Assembly (NCBI GenBank): GCA_002633005.1
Contig: NMRA01000491.1
Location: forward strand, 1-64,000
Direction: 5' to 3'
Length of the DNA: 64,000 nt
Source: Phoronis australis
Lineage: Eukaryota > Animalia > Phoronida
Made by a program: the position numbers and the translations under genes. The notes under the pieces are model-generated. The model saw only the letters and a program-made list of their open reading frames with translations. It did not search any database and was not told where the DNA came from. Position 1 is the stretch's first letter; the number at the start of each line of letters is the position of its first letter. Of this stretch, positions 21,820 through 35,296 are shown in pieces.

Positions 21820-22829
21820 ATCGTTGTCCCATTTTCTCTAATTTCTTTCCTGTGCTTATCCATGTTTTTATGTCCCATTTTCAATATCTTCTACCTGAAT
21901 CTGGAAATCCAATTGCTCCGGGGACCAAATTCGTCAAGATTCATTTTCGCGCGAACAACACCTCGTGTTTTTCTCTCATTCCTCCTTATGGAAATTATAA
22001 AAAAACATCCGAAATTGCGATTCTGGAACGGATTACCGCCCATGGCCTATTATCGGGTTGGCTCGTTTTCAGAAATTCAGATCCAGTACTTTGCACACTG
22101 TCATTACCTGGTGCAACTAGTGCACATTTTACAGAAAATCAGTATTCGAACAATTAATCAATAGCGGTAAATCTTGCACATCTGCAAAAACGCATTTTGA
22201 GACGTTTTGAAAAATGGAACATTTACGTTAAAGACATAACATTTCTGTCGCGTAATTAATGTTCGAGCGTGGGCCTTCACGAGATTCATTGATGAGTGGC
22301 GTCTGAGTTCATGGCCAGGTCGCACAACCTCCGAGTTAGCCTCTCTACGGTCTCTGGTTCAGCAGAGCTTTGAGGTTAATTTGAGAGCTCTAAAGTTCCT
22401 GTGCTTGGGGGCGTACAATTGGCAGCCGACACTTGTTTACTTTACTGAGCTCAAATTGAGGTTATTTAGAAAAGTTTAAGCCCGTATTCAGAAACCAAAG
22501 CTAGTGACATTAGTCCGCTGCGTTTTCCAACATCTGTATCCCAATTTTGAGTGGATACTGTTTTATGAAACAAACAAAACGGAGCACGTGAACAAAAAGT
22601 TCACAACATGATTAAGTGTGATAACTGTGAGGTTTATGAGAGCGGAAAGAGGGTTGTCCGGTGTGAAATCATCACATTGCTGAATGTGGAACTTGGCGAA
22701 ACATATTGTCCAACAGGCGTTGACGGCCGCCTGCCATCGAGAGATAAGTCATCAAGGCATTACTTAGCGGATGTGTTGCACTCCCATTGAGGCTGCGATG
22801 TTTAAGGGAACGGCAGTGATCAAGACAAG

Positions 22830-25800
22830 ATGGATGGAGCTAAGAATGATCGCATGGTTGGATTTCTCACCGTTTTTACCATTTTGTCCCATGGTGTCGC
22901 AGGTAAATGTTTTAAAGTGAATGTTAAATACGTGGAGGTCTGTACTTCAATAAGACAACGTAAGCCTACATAGACAGACAAATATCTCGTATTACACTAA
23001 AACGACAAAATCGACACGTAGGGTTTAAGCCGCTTTGTCAGCTTACATGATCGAGTTTCTTTGGTAATTTAAGTAATGCGGTATGTGGCGCTCTGTACCT
23101 TCAAGACGGGCTTTTTGCGAGACTCAAAAACTAGAATAGGTTGTGAAAATCTAAAATATAGCTATGAGCTTGAGTGTTTTGCTGAGAAGGAGAAACGTCG
23201 GGGGGTGATAACTTAAAAAATTTCATATTTTTTGTCTTGTAAGACTTGTTATTTAATTGGGCTTTAAATTCGGAAAGATTACCCGAAAAATCTGTTATTT
23301 TGACGTCATAAGCAAACAAAGTTGGTCTATTGTGTTATACTTACCAGGGCCATTACTGATCGAGTGTATAAGAAAGTTCTCCGGTTAAAAAGTCAGTGGA
23401 ACTCACATTAAATTACACTGACTGTCAAATTCTTGATCAACTTTTTCCTTTTAAATTACACGTACCGTAAAATCTGGCGAAAACGCCCCTGGGTTTATCT
23501 GAAAAATGGCCGTATCTTCTTGAAAACGACTGCAACGTTCCCGCCATTTCGAGCAGAAGGCCAACCGTCATTTTGTTCCTGTTTTCAACCTTCTGTAGTG
23601 ACTAAATACGTAGCCCTACGTTATCAACTTGAAAATTAATGACACCTTTCGCTGTGAAAGAAGTGAATAAGAAATCATAGAACGGCTTGTTGTAGAGTGC
23701 GAAATAGCGAACACGGTCTCGTGAAATAACTTGGAATACAGGTAAGACCATGTTCGGGTAGTATGTCGGCGGACTAATATGGAGATTTTGTGGTAATCCA
23801 TTCAGTGGTGGCGAACAGTTAGGAAATGTAAGACCTTATCGACAAGACTGTACAATTACTTGCAAAGGTCTACAAAACTATAGAATACAACTCAGCAAAG
23901 TATGTTTTATACTAATCTGTCATTAGTTAGATTCACATGATAGCATTTTAGTAAAATTTTGTAAAAGGAAAGGTACATTCGCGACAAAACAACAGGACCA
24001 ATGACACGAGCAAATTTCGTGTGACACAATTTCCTAAATTATCGTTTCGTTTTCGGAACTGGAATTATTTTCATAAAAATCATACAAGTCTTATTTTGAT
24101 AGCCCCTTGTGCAAAAGTAGACCATTTTATAAACAATTTGCTATGGGGGAACTGTGCATAAAGCACAGCTCCACAAAATTTCAGCTGAATCCGACCAGCC
24201 ATTTTTGAGATTATGATGTTCGAAGTTGGTCAAAATTAGACATTTTCTAGAGTCCCTCATATATAACCACAAGTCTCTGAGGAAAAGTTCAACAGAAACA
24301 ATGTGTGCATTCACGTTGTGTAGATGATGTATACGATATATTTGCGGCCATAGACGCAACAAATTGGCGGCAAGTGAGATAGAACGGCTCCAAGCTAGAC
24401 CCCGCACTATGAAGTTGTGATCCCGGGGCGGATTTTGCAGACTTGCGTGGTCTCTTGCAAGCGCGCTCTACAGAACGCAGCCAGACCGCGACGCAGTTAC
24501 ACCGTATTTCATTTTCATTTTAAACTCCAGGACAAGCAATCGTCAAAGCAAAGAATCTCAACTTCATATAATGAATCAAAATGTACTGATAAATTTACTA
24601 AACAAATAAATCCAAACGTGACTAGCTGTTCTACTTACTCAATCGTTTTCTTTTCAGCCACAAACATTTGCACTGGCAGTGTGAGGGAGACACCAGCTCC
24701 ACATCATGACGTCATCACAAGTCCCTCGTACCCTGACACGTATCCACGAGGTGCCCCATGTTCGATAAAATTGAGTTTTCCCCACGGCTTTTTTATTGTT
24801 TTAAATGTCACAGACTACCGATTAACATCAAAATATCTGGGACTTCGTAAAGATAAACTCCTCATCAAATATGGTGTCTATAAGACCATCAATCCGTCTG
24901 CTGGAACAATGTCTGTGTTGCCTAGTAACGAAGTGACTATGAAATTCATACGCAACCTTGGCGGCCATCAATCAAGCAGAGGTTTCAGTCTTGCCTACAC
25001 AGGTAAGTGAAGGTACACGTAAGAAATAGCACGACCAAAAGACGCCCTACGGGACGATCTGAACACTAGGACGTCATTTCGTAATGAGCGGTGCTGTCAA
25101 TAATGGATGGCCTTATAAACAAACAAAAGAAGTGTATTGAAATTCTCTCATTTTAGTCTTCATTAAAGCTGGCCCACCTAAAGACTGCACAAAATATTGT
25201 TTTAAAATATTTTTACATTATTAAAACTAAACGTCGTTTCCCTATAGCTGGTCCAACCCAGCCGCTAGAACATACTTCTCTCGTTAAGTGGTGACAAAAC
25301 CATCTGTAGTAAGACGAATTTCTTATGACATATTAATAACACATGACCTGTTTCATGATAAGTGACTTAAAGATGTATTTGCATGCTCCTAATTATGGTA
25401 ATGTATAGCATGAACTAAACGACAAATTGAATATCTACGCTAAACAAAGTGCAGTTGTATTTATTGACAACTTGTAAATGTGAAAACAAAAAAATCTGCA
25501 AATAGGCGACCTTGGCAGTAATGACGTACTTTGGGGGCTCACATAAACCGCATCATGCAGTGTTATTCCCAACCAACACGTCACAATACTTACTGGAAAC
25601 GGTTGAGTGCTTTAAGGCGGATTGTTTTAGACATAAACTCGTTCTTGAAAACATTTGGCAATTTTCAACCTACCTCATATTCACACCGTCGCTAAATCTT
25701 GTGTTTCTGACTAATTTGACCAAGCAATCTCAGAGATAAGGAATTAGCGTGCAAGTTCCACTTTAAGACTTAAGTGAATAATTTTTACTTACGCTCCCAC

Positions 25801-28800
25801 AACAGTCACAGAAACAAAATTTCGTCGTGTAATTATTTGCATATCACTCGTGTAATTATTTGCATATCACTCGTGTAATTATTAGCAATATTTCACAGTT
25901 TAGGAACTTTTATTTTTCAGAATAAGTTGTGTGGACGAAACTCAACTGTCTTTTAAGTCACTTGTCATGACACGTTCCACTACAGTGATTAACGTACTAT
26001 TTCAGCGGCACCATTCCACACAGCATGCCACGCAACAGAAGAACTTGTTCGGATAAACAGAATTCTTTTCATAGCCAGTAGAAATTACCCCGAGCATTAC
26101 GACGAACGTATGGACTGTCGGGTAACTGTCAAAGCACCGCCACGTCACTTTCTCCGCATAAAGAGCTATGATTTCAAAGTAGAACGGACTCCTAGGTGCA
26201 CGTTTGACTTTTTGAAAATAAAGGACCCAAAAACGAACATCACCATTCTCAACAAAACATGCGGGCATACATCTTTCGGAGTCACAGCGTGGTCGCGAAT
26301 AGTCACTGTTTATTTCCGAACAGACGGATCAAGAAACTCCAAAGGATTTCTTTTGTTTCTAGAAGGTATTCATTTTTTGAGAAATTCTCATTGTCTGTGT
26401 GAAAGTAACTTGAATTTTTAATCCATGAAGACGCAAGCACGTCAAAAGTTGCTTACAAGTCCTAAATTGTTTATTGCTATTGGATGTGACGTAAGTTGTG
26501 TCTACACGTACTGCATCGGAAAAATTGACCTTTCAAAGACAAGCAAGTTATTTTGAAACGTGTTATGTGTAAATGCACAGGCGGATTTAGGGGGGGGGGG
26601 GGGGGGNTGTGGTGCCCGGAATCCCTACGACCGCGACCCAAACAAATAAAAAATAACGCTGTCATGCGTCACGCGAACATCTCCCCTCGAAAATCGTCTT
26701 TGGGCCCCTCTCGCGACATCCTAGCATTTGTTCGTAACACTTCACTCCAAAAAGAACACGAACGCTGAATGGAACGTTGTTAGTCACCCATTGGCGGATC
26801 TAGGATGCCGTAAGGGAGGGCACAACCACAGTTCTCAAGGAAAAACATATTCCTCCTCGTAAGCCCTAAAAACGACATGTCGGCGGCTTTTTATCGTGCC
26901 CACGCGTAGGGCTACTCCCCGGCCCCTAAATCCGCCTACTGAACGCTTATATACGTTTTTCCATATTTCATTTAATCATTTTTTGGTTAATAACGGCAGG
27001 TTGTGACCGAAACAAAACGTCCGTACTTTCGTGTATAAACTCTTTAAGTTTACGTAGAACCTTAGCCAATTATCTACAATAGACTACAAAACTATTAATC
27101 TTAACTCAGTAAAAATATGAATTTTCTGAGAGTAAAAAGCCAGTAGAATTTGAATTTTGACTTTATACTAACCTGATATTACCTGGATCACGTGACGATG
27201 TCTATATAGTTAAAGTTATCAAAAAATAAAGTACATTTACAGCATAACAAAGGTATCAATAACATGGCCAAATTTTGCTTGACACAAATGTACAAGATGA
27301 TATCTCAAAAACGCTTTCAGTTTTATGAATTACACTGTATCATTTCGCTTTCGTTTAATGCCACTTGGTATTTAATCAAATTCATGAAAGTCTTTGATAG
27401 CCCCTGATGCAAAAGTGAAAAAGTTTAAAAACAATTCCTAAAACCCTTTTGGAGAGTAGTGCATGAAACGTAGTTTCTGAAAGTTTCATATGAATCCAAT
27501 CCGCCAATTTTGAGGCTTGATGTTCCAAATTTGGCCAAGCGTGGCAATTTTTCAATATTCCTACATAACCTTTTCGTTCAGGGCGTTTCACATCAGAGGC
27601 AACAGAATAACTGAGGGAGCATGCATTATGACAATCAATGCTCGATACACGGTGTGTGTCACAAGCATTTGATTATGAACAACTCCGGTCGCGTAGCTCG
27701 AAACAGTTCATCACAAGCCAAGCTCATTAAGTTCAATAACTATTTACGGACGATACCAAATATTTCTATTTTGCAGCAATTCCAAAGCCTACATTTCATA
27801 CGATACCTCAAATGACGATGATAGGTGCTCAGCAGACGACAAGAATAACTGTTACGAATGACGTCACCACTAGTCGGTTAAACGAGACGTCACCTACAAA
27901 GGATACAGGTACCGCACGTAACTTGGTGCTTTCTGCCACCACGCCCCTAACCATCAATCAAAATCCAAGGGATGTATTGCAACATTTTGAAAACAACGTA
28001 ACACTTGTTCCACTGACAGAGCCGTATAGAACGACGCCGAACGATGGTGGTGGGCACGTGAAAAACCAGGGTAAAGCATCCATTGCAGGTACAGTGATGG
28101 GGCAGTACACGAACAGGGTGTACGTTGCTCACGGTTACAAACTCGTGGGTACGCAAGGTCACTTTACGTCGAACGATATTTCGCAAAGCTCACCCGGCAC
28201 AGTTTCCGATTTCATGCGCGCACCCAGGGGGAGGGGGGGGGGGGGGCTCGAACGAGGCCCCCCATTTGGCGAAGTGGGCAAAAAGGTCCTCCTCTGAGAG
28301 ACGAAAACTCCGAGAAAACAAGGCATAAGTGCGTTAAACATGCGCAAACGCGTAATTCACAGTGGTTGTCCGTTTTTTTAGTCCGCCCACTCTTTTGTTA
28401 CCAAAAGGTCCACAAAGTCAGGAATTCGAGTCCCCCATATTGAAGGCTGGGTGAGCGCATGGATTCAATCCCTTTTTTCTTCTGTTGAGCTGAGCGAAAA
28501 AAAATCAAAACAGGACATCTAGGTCTGCAAATTAGGGTTGAAAACCTTTCTTACCGTGGCGAGTGTTTAGTCACGAAGAGGCCTTTACTTCGTACGTCAA
28601 CACTAGGAGTATTATCTTACTTAAATCCGATCACATGTATCTACAAAGTGGTATCTTCAGACAAACAAAGCATTACAAGGAGCACATACGATAGCCGCTA
28701 ACGTTCCACCAGGAAGACATCAGTGGGCGGCAATCTTTGCAAGAAAATTGACGTATACAAGTTCAATGAAAGGCCATCTCTAACTTCAACTCTAAGATGA

Positions 28801-31277
28801 AACTGTTCATATTGCGACAAGGAAACGGTTCAGTGGTTAAAGCTTAATAAGCATATCATTTTCTTTAGTTTTACACCACGATGAGAAAAGAAACTGCAAC
28901 TTAAGACATCGTTCGAGTTCAAGATTATTAGGGACTGACAAGTCTGCTATTTAGCCAAATATCTAAAAAGACGTAAATTTTAACTCATTAAAAGTACTCA
29001 TTTTCTGAAAGGAGAAAGGATGTAAAATTTGTCTTTTGACTCTTTACCAATCTTTTATTAACTGGGTCAAGTGATCATGTCTGTTTGATAAATTTGGAAA
29101 AAATAAAAGGTACTAACTTGACAGTAAAATAACGGAAGGTCAAAGGTTATTTAATACAAATGCTAGAGATGAAATATCAAAAACGCTGTTACAGTTTTCT
29201 AAAACATCATTTTGCTTTCGTTTAAAACTTGAACATTTTCTCCATGAAATCATAAAAGTTCTATTTTTGATAATTAAAAGTGGAACATTTTAAAAGCAAG
29301 TCCTAACAGCACAAAATTGTTTTATCAATCAACGCGCCGACATCATGTAAGTTCACTGTTAGTAGAAAGTCACGAATTCGAACACCGGTAGGGCCAAAGA
29401 TCTTTTCAGATTTAACTACAGGTCACGTGGTGTGACTAACGTATGACATGCATGATGATTCTTACTCATGATTCCTAACAGCGTTTTAGAGCATGAAGAA
29501 TAGTATCCGAAAATTTCATGTGAATCTGATCGGCCGTTTCTGCGATATGATATTCCGAAGTTGTCCAAATTTGGACATTTTTCTAGGGTCGTAGGTAATC
29601 TTAATTCATCATATTACGAGATCATACACTCCAGTCCTACTTTTCCTCACCTGCTTTCTCTCAAACTGTTCATCATGTTGATCTTCTATTTATTTAGATT
29701 TTATGCGTCTCTTCTTGCCATTTAGATGTTTTGTGTATCTTCTATTCATTTAGATGTTAACGTTGATCTCTTTATTTAGATGTTTTGTGTATCTCCTATT
29801 CATACAGATGTTAATGTTGATCTCTTTATTTAGATGTTATGTGGATCTGCATCGGTACAGGCCTTGGGGCGATGGTGTTATTTATCATTTTCTTGGTTTT
29901 ACTATGGAGACGGTAAGGCCTTGGAGTATCCCTTTTTGTTATAGTCGTCAATTTTGAACTTAGAATGAGTCTGAAGAGATAACAATACAAATAGCAACAT
30001 ATATAAATAAATAAAAAGCCACCCTTGCATATGGTTACGTTTTTCCAAACAATTCCTAGACAGTTAAGCTAAATAGAATTTCGCGGCAATTTTGTTGGCA
30101 CATCGCCATAGAGCTGAGAATTTTACTGTTCTATAACGAATTCCGTTTATTTGGATGTTATCCTGAGTAAGCATTGCTGTGGCGTGATTTTAACTAAAAT
30201 TTAATTCACGAGTTGAATGAATTATGAAATTTGATCTCTTCATTTCATCGCTTGGTATTTTCTCGGTACCCATGATTTTGTTGGTCTCTGCGACATCGCC
30301 ATGGTCTGGATTTTGAATTCCAGCTGCACACAGTCCTACCCATGCAGTGGAAAGGAAAGGCAGTTGTAACGCTAGACGCGGATAATCACCGAAATCTCAA
30401 ATTCATAGACATCACATTATTAAGATGTATAAAGTCAAATTCTGAGCAGTTCAGGCTTCACGCCGTGAATAACTACATCGCTCTTAACGTGTGACTTGTG
30501 TAACAAGAAACAAATCTTGTTATGCCGCATAAACTTCAAACACGGAACTTTATAGACGAAGTCAAATAACGCTACAATTTGATTACATATTTCATCACTA
30601 TCATAAACAACAACTAAGAGTAAAATTAAATTTCATGTTTTAGGCGCAGACGAATTCAAAAAAGCCGAGAAAATGAAACTATGGACTCCGTGTCGATAAC
30701 ATACGAAAGTATGTGTAGTACGAAAACAACACCTCGAACATATGCGACCGTCCTAAACTCAATACCTACTGTAGCAATAGAACACACCTACGCAGATCCA
30801 TGGGACAGTGTGGCAGACAACCACCTGAACGCGATGACTCAGAAAGCATCACGCGGTCCATCCATGGGGTTGACGTCATATGGCGCTAACACGGACAGTC
30901 TTTACTCAAAGCCTCTGGAGGCAGATCATAACTACGAATACTGTGAAACCAGTTTATCGGTTGGAAGTCCCGAGAAGGAAACGAATGATCGCACATCGAA
31001 TGCATCAGGGCTTTCTCAGAGCAGTTCCCTGCGACGGTCGCCAAAGCCAGCTATGGGAATGCGCGGCTACACCAGCGCATCTATTAGGAGGAAGAAGAAA
31101 CCGTCTACCAACAGTGACGGAGCTGCCATGGTCGAGAATGAAGTGTATGAAAATTTCTCAGGGGACGATGATGATTACATTGATGTGAAAGACCATCGAA
31201 TGAAAAATCAACAATACTACGAAGACGTTCTGCAACTGGGCTGCGCAAATCACTCCGTGGATACCAAAGACGACTAG
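22830..31277 (+). CDS. Type-I membrane protein: signal peptide, 2 CUB domains, Thr-rich stalk, TM helix, tyrosine-motif-rich cytoplasmic tail (~594 aa, 6 exons)
   Basis: Exons: 22830-22902 (signal; least certain), 24658-25002 (CUB1: C...ITSPSYPDTYP...C...GFSLAY), 26006-26365 (CUB2: SRNYPEHY..MDC...ERTPRCTFDFLKI...CG...FRTDGS..SKGF), 27777-28070 (stalk; alternative in-phase donor at 28088), 29834-29912 (WICIGTGLGAMVLFIIFLVLLW then RRRRR), 30644-31277. The domain exons are phase 1-1 and the frame is continuous. Confidence 0.85.
26576..26941. mobile_element. GC-rich MITE(s) of the GGCGGAT...ATCCGCC family
   Basis: AGGCGGATTTAGGGG at the left and CCCCTAAATCCGCCT at the right, with a second left end (CATTGGCGGATCTAGG) near 26790; a single N lies in the poly-G run. 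Confidence 0.6.
28213..28461. mobile_element. MITE with ~15-bp TIR and 5-bp TSD
   Basis: CATGCGCGCACCCAG / CTGGGTGAGCGCATG; flanks GATTT / GATTC. Confidence 0.75.
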
Positions 31278-32089
31278 GCAATGGTAATTTCAGCAACGCA
31301 CCCCAGCTTTTTAAAGCCGCACTACAAGACTTGATTTCTATGTCTTCCGTTATGACATTGTCTTATTATCTCCCTTACTCAGTTTAAAAGTGCTATCAAG
31401 GTGGCTCGGCAAGAATTGATTTCTTCAGACCAAGCTCATAAAATTTCAGGTCACAGCGACTGAAGGAGTGACAGTGTTAGTCTAAATAAAAAGTGGATTT
31501 TTGTGAGTGGACGGTGGCTCTATATCCGCTTCGAAATGCCTTTTGGAAGGCGCGAGAGCCCTATATACAACGGACAGACACTGGCACCTAGTGACTAGTT
31601 TTCCAACGTCATACAGGCTGGGTTCACTAAAGTTCGTTGTCTACGAATGACGTCATCAACTGACAACCTTAAACTTTACATGTCTGCTGACAAGCCCATC
31701 ACGTTACTATATTACTAAGGTATTCTGCAACTTTCCTTATCAATTTTTGAATGTTGACAACATTTAACTGGACCTTTAAGGACTTAAACCATTTTTGGTC
31801 ACAAGTGTGATACACCTGTAAGGTACTGGATATGAATTTCTTCAAGAATGGGCACATTTAAAGTGATTGGAAAAACAAGACCAAAAGTTTTAACTTGTTA
31901 GAGCATTTTAGTCTTAACTTTGGCACAAGTTAATAAGGTAATTTACTCCTCATTAGGGAACGTGATAAGATCCAAGGACTTGAAAGGATATGAATAAACT
32001 TTTACTTAGAAGAAGACCTAACAAGAATTTGAAGCAATCTAATAAAATCAGCATGACTGAAAATGAAATAAAAACAGGCATTTTAAAAT

Positions 32090-34679
32090 CAAACCTCGTT
32101 TTTATTAAATATAACATATTCATATCACAAAGTGGGGGTCAACTCCTGGTGATTCAACTCCACACCACCCCATCCTGACTACAAATACAACAAAGTGTTT
32201 GAAACAATAGATGTAAAACACGTGGCCTACTAGAGTATTCAACAGGTGGAGAATGAACACTACAGAAACAACTATTCTGTGGACTGTCTCTAGCTAAACC
32301 AGTGGAGGGCTTGGAATTCACGAGGTGGCGCTAGGGACTCGAGAAGGTCTACCTGTATAAATGCATACATTCTGGTAATCAAAGGCATCCCATAACTCAC
32401 AAAAGCTATTAACAGCGAACAACTGGTCTCACTTACTGAAAACAAAAAAGAAGACCCATTCTTCAACAGCGCCACCTAGTGAATATCGAGTGTTCTGTGG
32501 GTAATCAAAAGGCAACTAGACAAAATGCCAATAACTTCAAAGAGTGAAGCCACACTTGTCACAATTGTTATCACTAAATAACATGGGAACATAACTGTTA
32601 TCACCAAATAACAAAGGCCATCATTTTACTAGTGCACAAGAGCAAGACCTGCGAACTATTTGCACAATTCCAAATGGTTTTTCATGACCTCACTGAACTG
32701 ACGTGAGACATAAATCTACAGAACACAGACCACTATATGCACACAATGACACCTACAGGCATATTACAGTTACACGACTAACAGCTTTCTGTTTATCAAT
32801 AACTAATATCAATGGGTCAGTGTTGCATAATGAAAATTTTGATAACGTTTCATAACACACATTAAGTCAAACACTACACTCATTAGAACTTTGTTAACAG
32901 AAAGATAATGCATGCTGTTATCATGCTTGACATAAGCACGATTTGCCAAAACAACAAATGTTCCAAGAACCTATTTCATAAAAAGTGACCTATGAACTTT
33001 GACCTTAGGCTCCCATATCAACTTTGACATTGCTGAAGTAAGGTTTAGACATGCAATTATTAGCAATGGAAATAATTTGTAGAAATCAACTCTGCCAGTA
33101 ACTCGCAGTTATGTGTGAATTCTCAGAGACTTTTGCATTTTTGCCCAAATACGATTTTAATTTTTTTTGAGAAACAGCTGTGTGAAGCATAACACCCACA
33201 CTTTTAATGAAACAGACTTCGGGACATATCTTTTTACCACTTCCTTCACGTAATCTGAACACACAAAAATCTCATTTGACCATTGGCACTTGAGAGGTTA
33301 CAATAATAACATTACATCATAACTAACAAACATGATTGCAAACACAGTTGAATATCCATAGCTCAGCAAACTTTCATTACCCAATCATCAGTGAGGTCAC
33401 ATGTCATTAGCTAATCATCAGTGAGGTCGTATATGTCATTATCCAATCATCACTAAGTTGGTATACTCAGCCAAGAGTAATTGAAACACTCTTCAAATCA
33501 GCACACAAAATAGCTGAATTTCAATTTGTACAATTCCTGAACAAGAACAAACACTTAGAAAATGTCTACTAAGTCTTTACCACGGTAATGTAACATACAG
33601 ATAACTTAAAACAAAAATAAGGTACATTTGCCAACAACAGATTATGGGAGAACCTGTCTAGTTTAACCCTTATCCTGCTAAGCCTCTATTCAGACAACTT
33701 TCCCTGTGCACTGAACTAAGTAGGTCACCACTGCTGTGCGCACTGGGCTGTTATGAAGGTCACTCAGATTAATGACCTAACATTTTTAGATTGGAAATTT
33801 GAAGGGGTAATATCAACTTTACATAAAAGTGGTCTGCACGAAAGTTGTTCAGAATTCAATGGGAATTTTCACCATATGCATATCTTTACCATAGCCTTGG
33901 TGTAAATAATTCTATAAACTTTCAAACTGGACACTCTTNACCACGGTAATGTAACATACAGATAACTTAAAACAAAAATAAGGTACATTTGCCAACAACA
34001 GATTATGGGAGAACCTGTTTAGTTTAACAGTTGATCAGCTGCGAGTAAACATCTACTGTGCGGCAAACATTGGTGGCAACCCAATTACAAAGGCCAGGTG
34101 TCCGGCATGGTGATTTACCTAAGCACCAATACCAACTGCTCAAAGTGGCAAGTGAATGAGAACACACCAACTTGGTGACCTTCTCCACTCTAGTGTACAA
34201 TTTCACCTCACTGAGGCTCCACTCTAGTGTACAAGTTCAGCTGATCACCACACTGAGGCTCCCCTCTAGTGTACAAGTTCAGCTGATCACCACACCGAGG
34301 CTCCACTCAAGTGTACAAGTTCAGCTGATCACCACACTGAGGTAGTAACCATGTGAAGTGAATCATCTCGTGCCAAATCTTGGCTATGAATGGAAAAATT
34401 CCACGCAATTCCACCCATTGATTCCGCATGAATGTCAATAGATTAACATGATTCTACTATTACGACAAACCGTTACAAGCTACCAAAAAATTAACAAGCA
34501 TCTGATTATTACGTGAGTGTTATAGGAATGTTTAGCACAGCGTCATTTTGATGTCATTATGACGTTTTGGACCCAGTGTGACGGCATGTCTATTCTTATT
34601 TCCGGGTCCAAATTGCGCCATCTAGTGCCATGGCACGTCATCACTAAACATCCGAATAACACATGTATATAAGTGGATT
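32090..34679 (-). other. Probable ~2.6-kb 3' UTR of the IP3 receptor gene
   Basis: Follows the stop at 34680; minus-strand AATAAA near 32100-32106. Converges on the CUB gene 3' end. The end point is inferred. Confidence 0.5.
34182..34342. repeat. Minisatellite, ~42-bp unit x3-4
   Basis: CTCCACTCTAGTGTACAAGTTCAGCTGATCACCACACTGAGG repeated. Confidence 0.9.
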
Positions 34680-35249
34680 TCACAACATGTGACCCGTTGC
34701 GAGACCTGCAGGCAGAGATGGCATAGACGGCGTGTTCAACAGACCAATCCTTTGTTTCTGTTTCCTCTGTTCCGTCATCTGCAACAGTGACATCACATGG
34801 CACAAAATGGAACTGTTCCTACTATACACAAAAACTAAAGCTGCTATGAAATATATATTCAGGTGTTAAAAATGTCAGCTTTCATCACGACCTTATTTAC
34901 TCTTCCTAACAACATCATCATCGGTTAACCCTTCGTTTGAATATTAAAATTCGTTACAATAAATCGAAAGAAATTCATGACGGCCGTACTGACTTGGTGA
35001 ATGAAACTAACCCACCATGACAAGAAACTTAATGGGCGTGGTCGGAAGCAACAACAATGACTTGTCTGTTCTCACAAACATTTTCAAGACCAAAACTTAA
35101 ATATGTTTGCGACCCATATTTTCACGTGACTTCAATATTTACACACATATATGTGCATAATTATGTGTATATATATAAACACAGATGTGCATATGTACAT
35201 ATATGTGTCATATATATATATATATGTGCATTGTGTGTATATATGTGTG

Positions 35250-35296
<47 letters not shown>

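Noticed and set aside
20303-22164. Intergenic ORFs of 68-160 aa
   Set aside because: No motifs or credible exon structure; the longest starts inside a MITE.
28089-28297. C-terminal part of ORF 27812-28297 as coding sequence
   Set aside because: It lies beyond in-phase splice donors (28070/28088) and reads into a MITE with poly-G; at most an intron-retention product.
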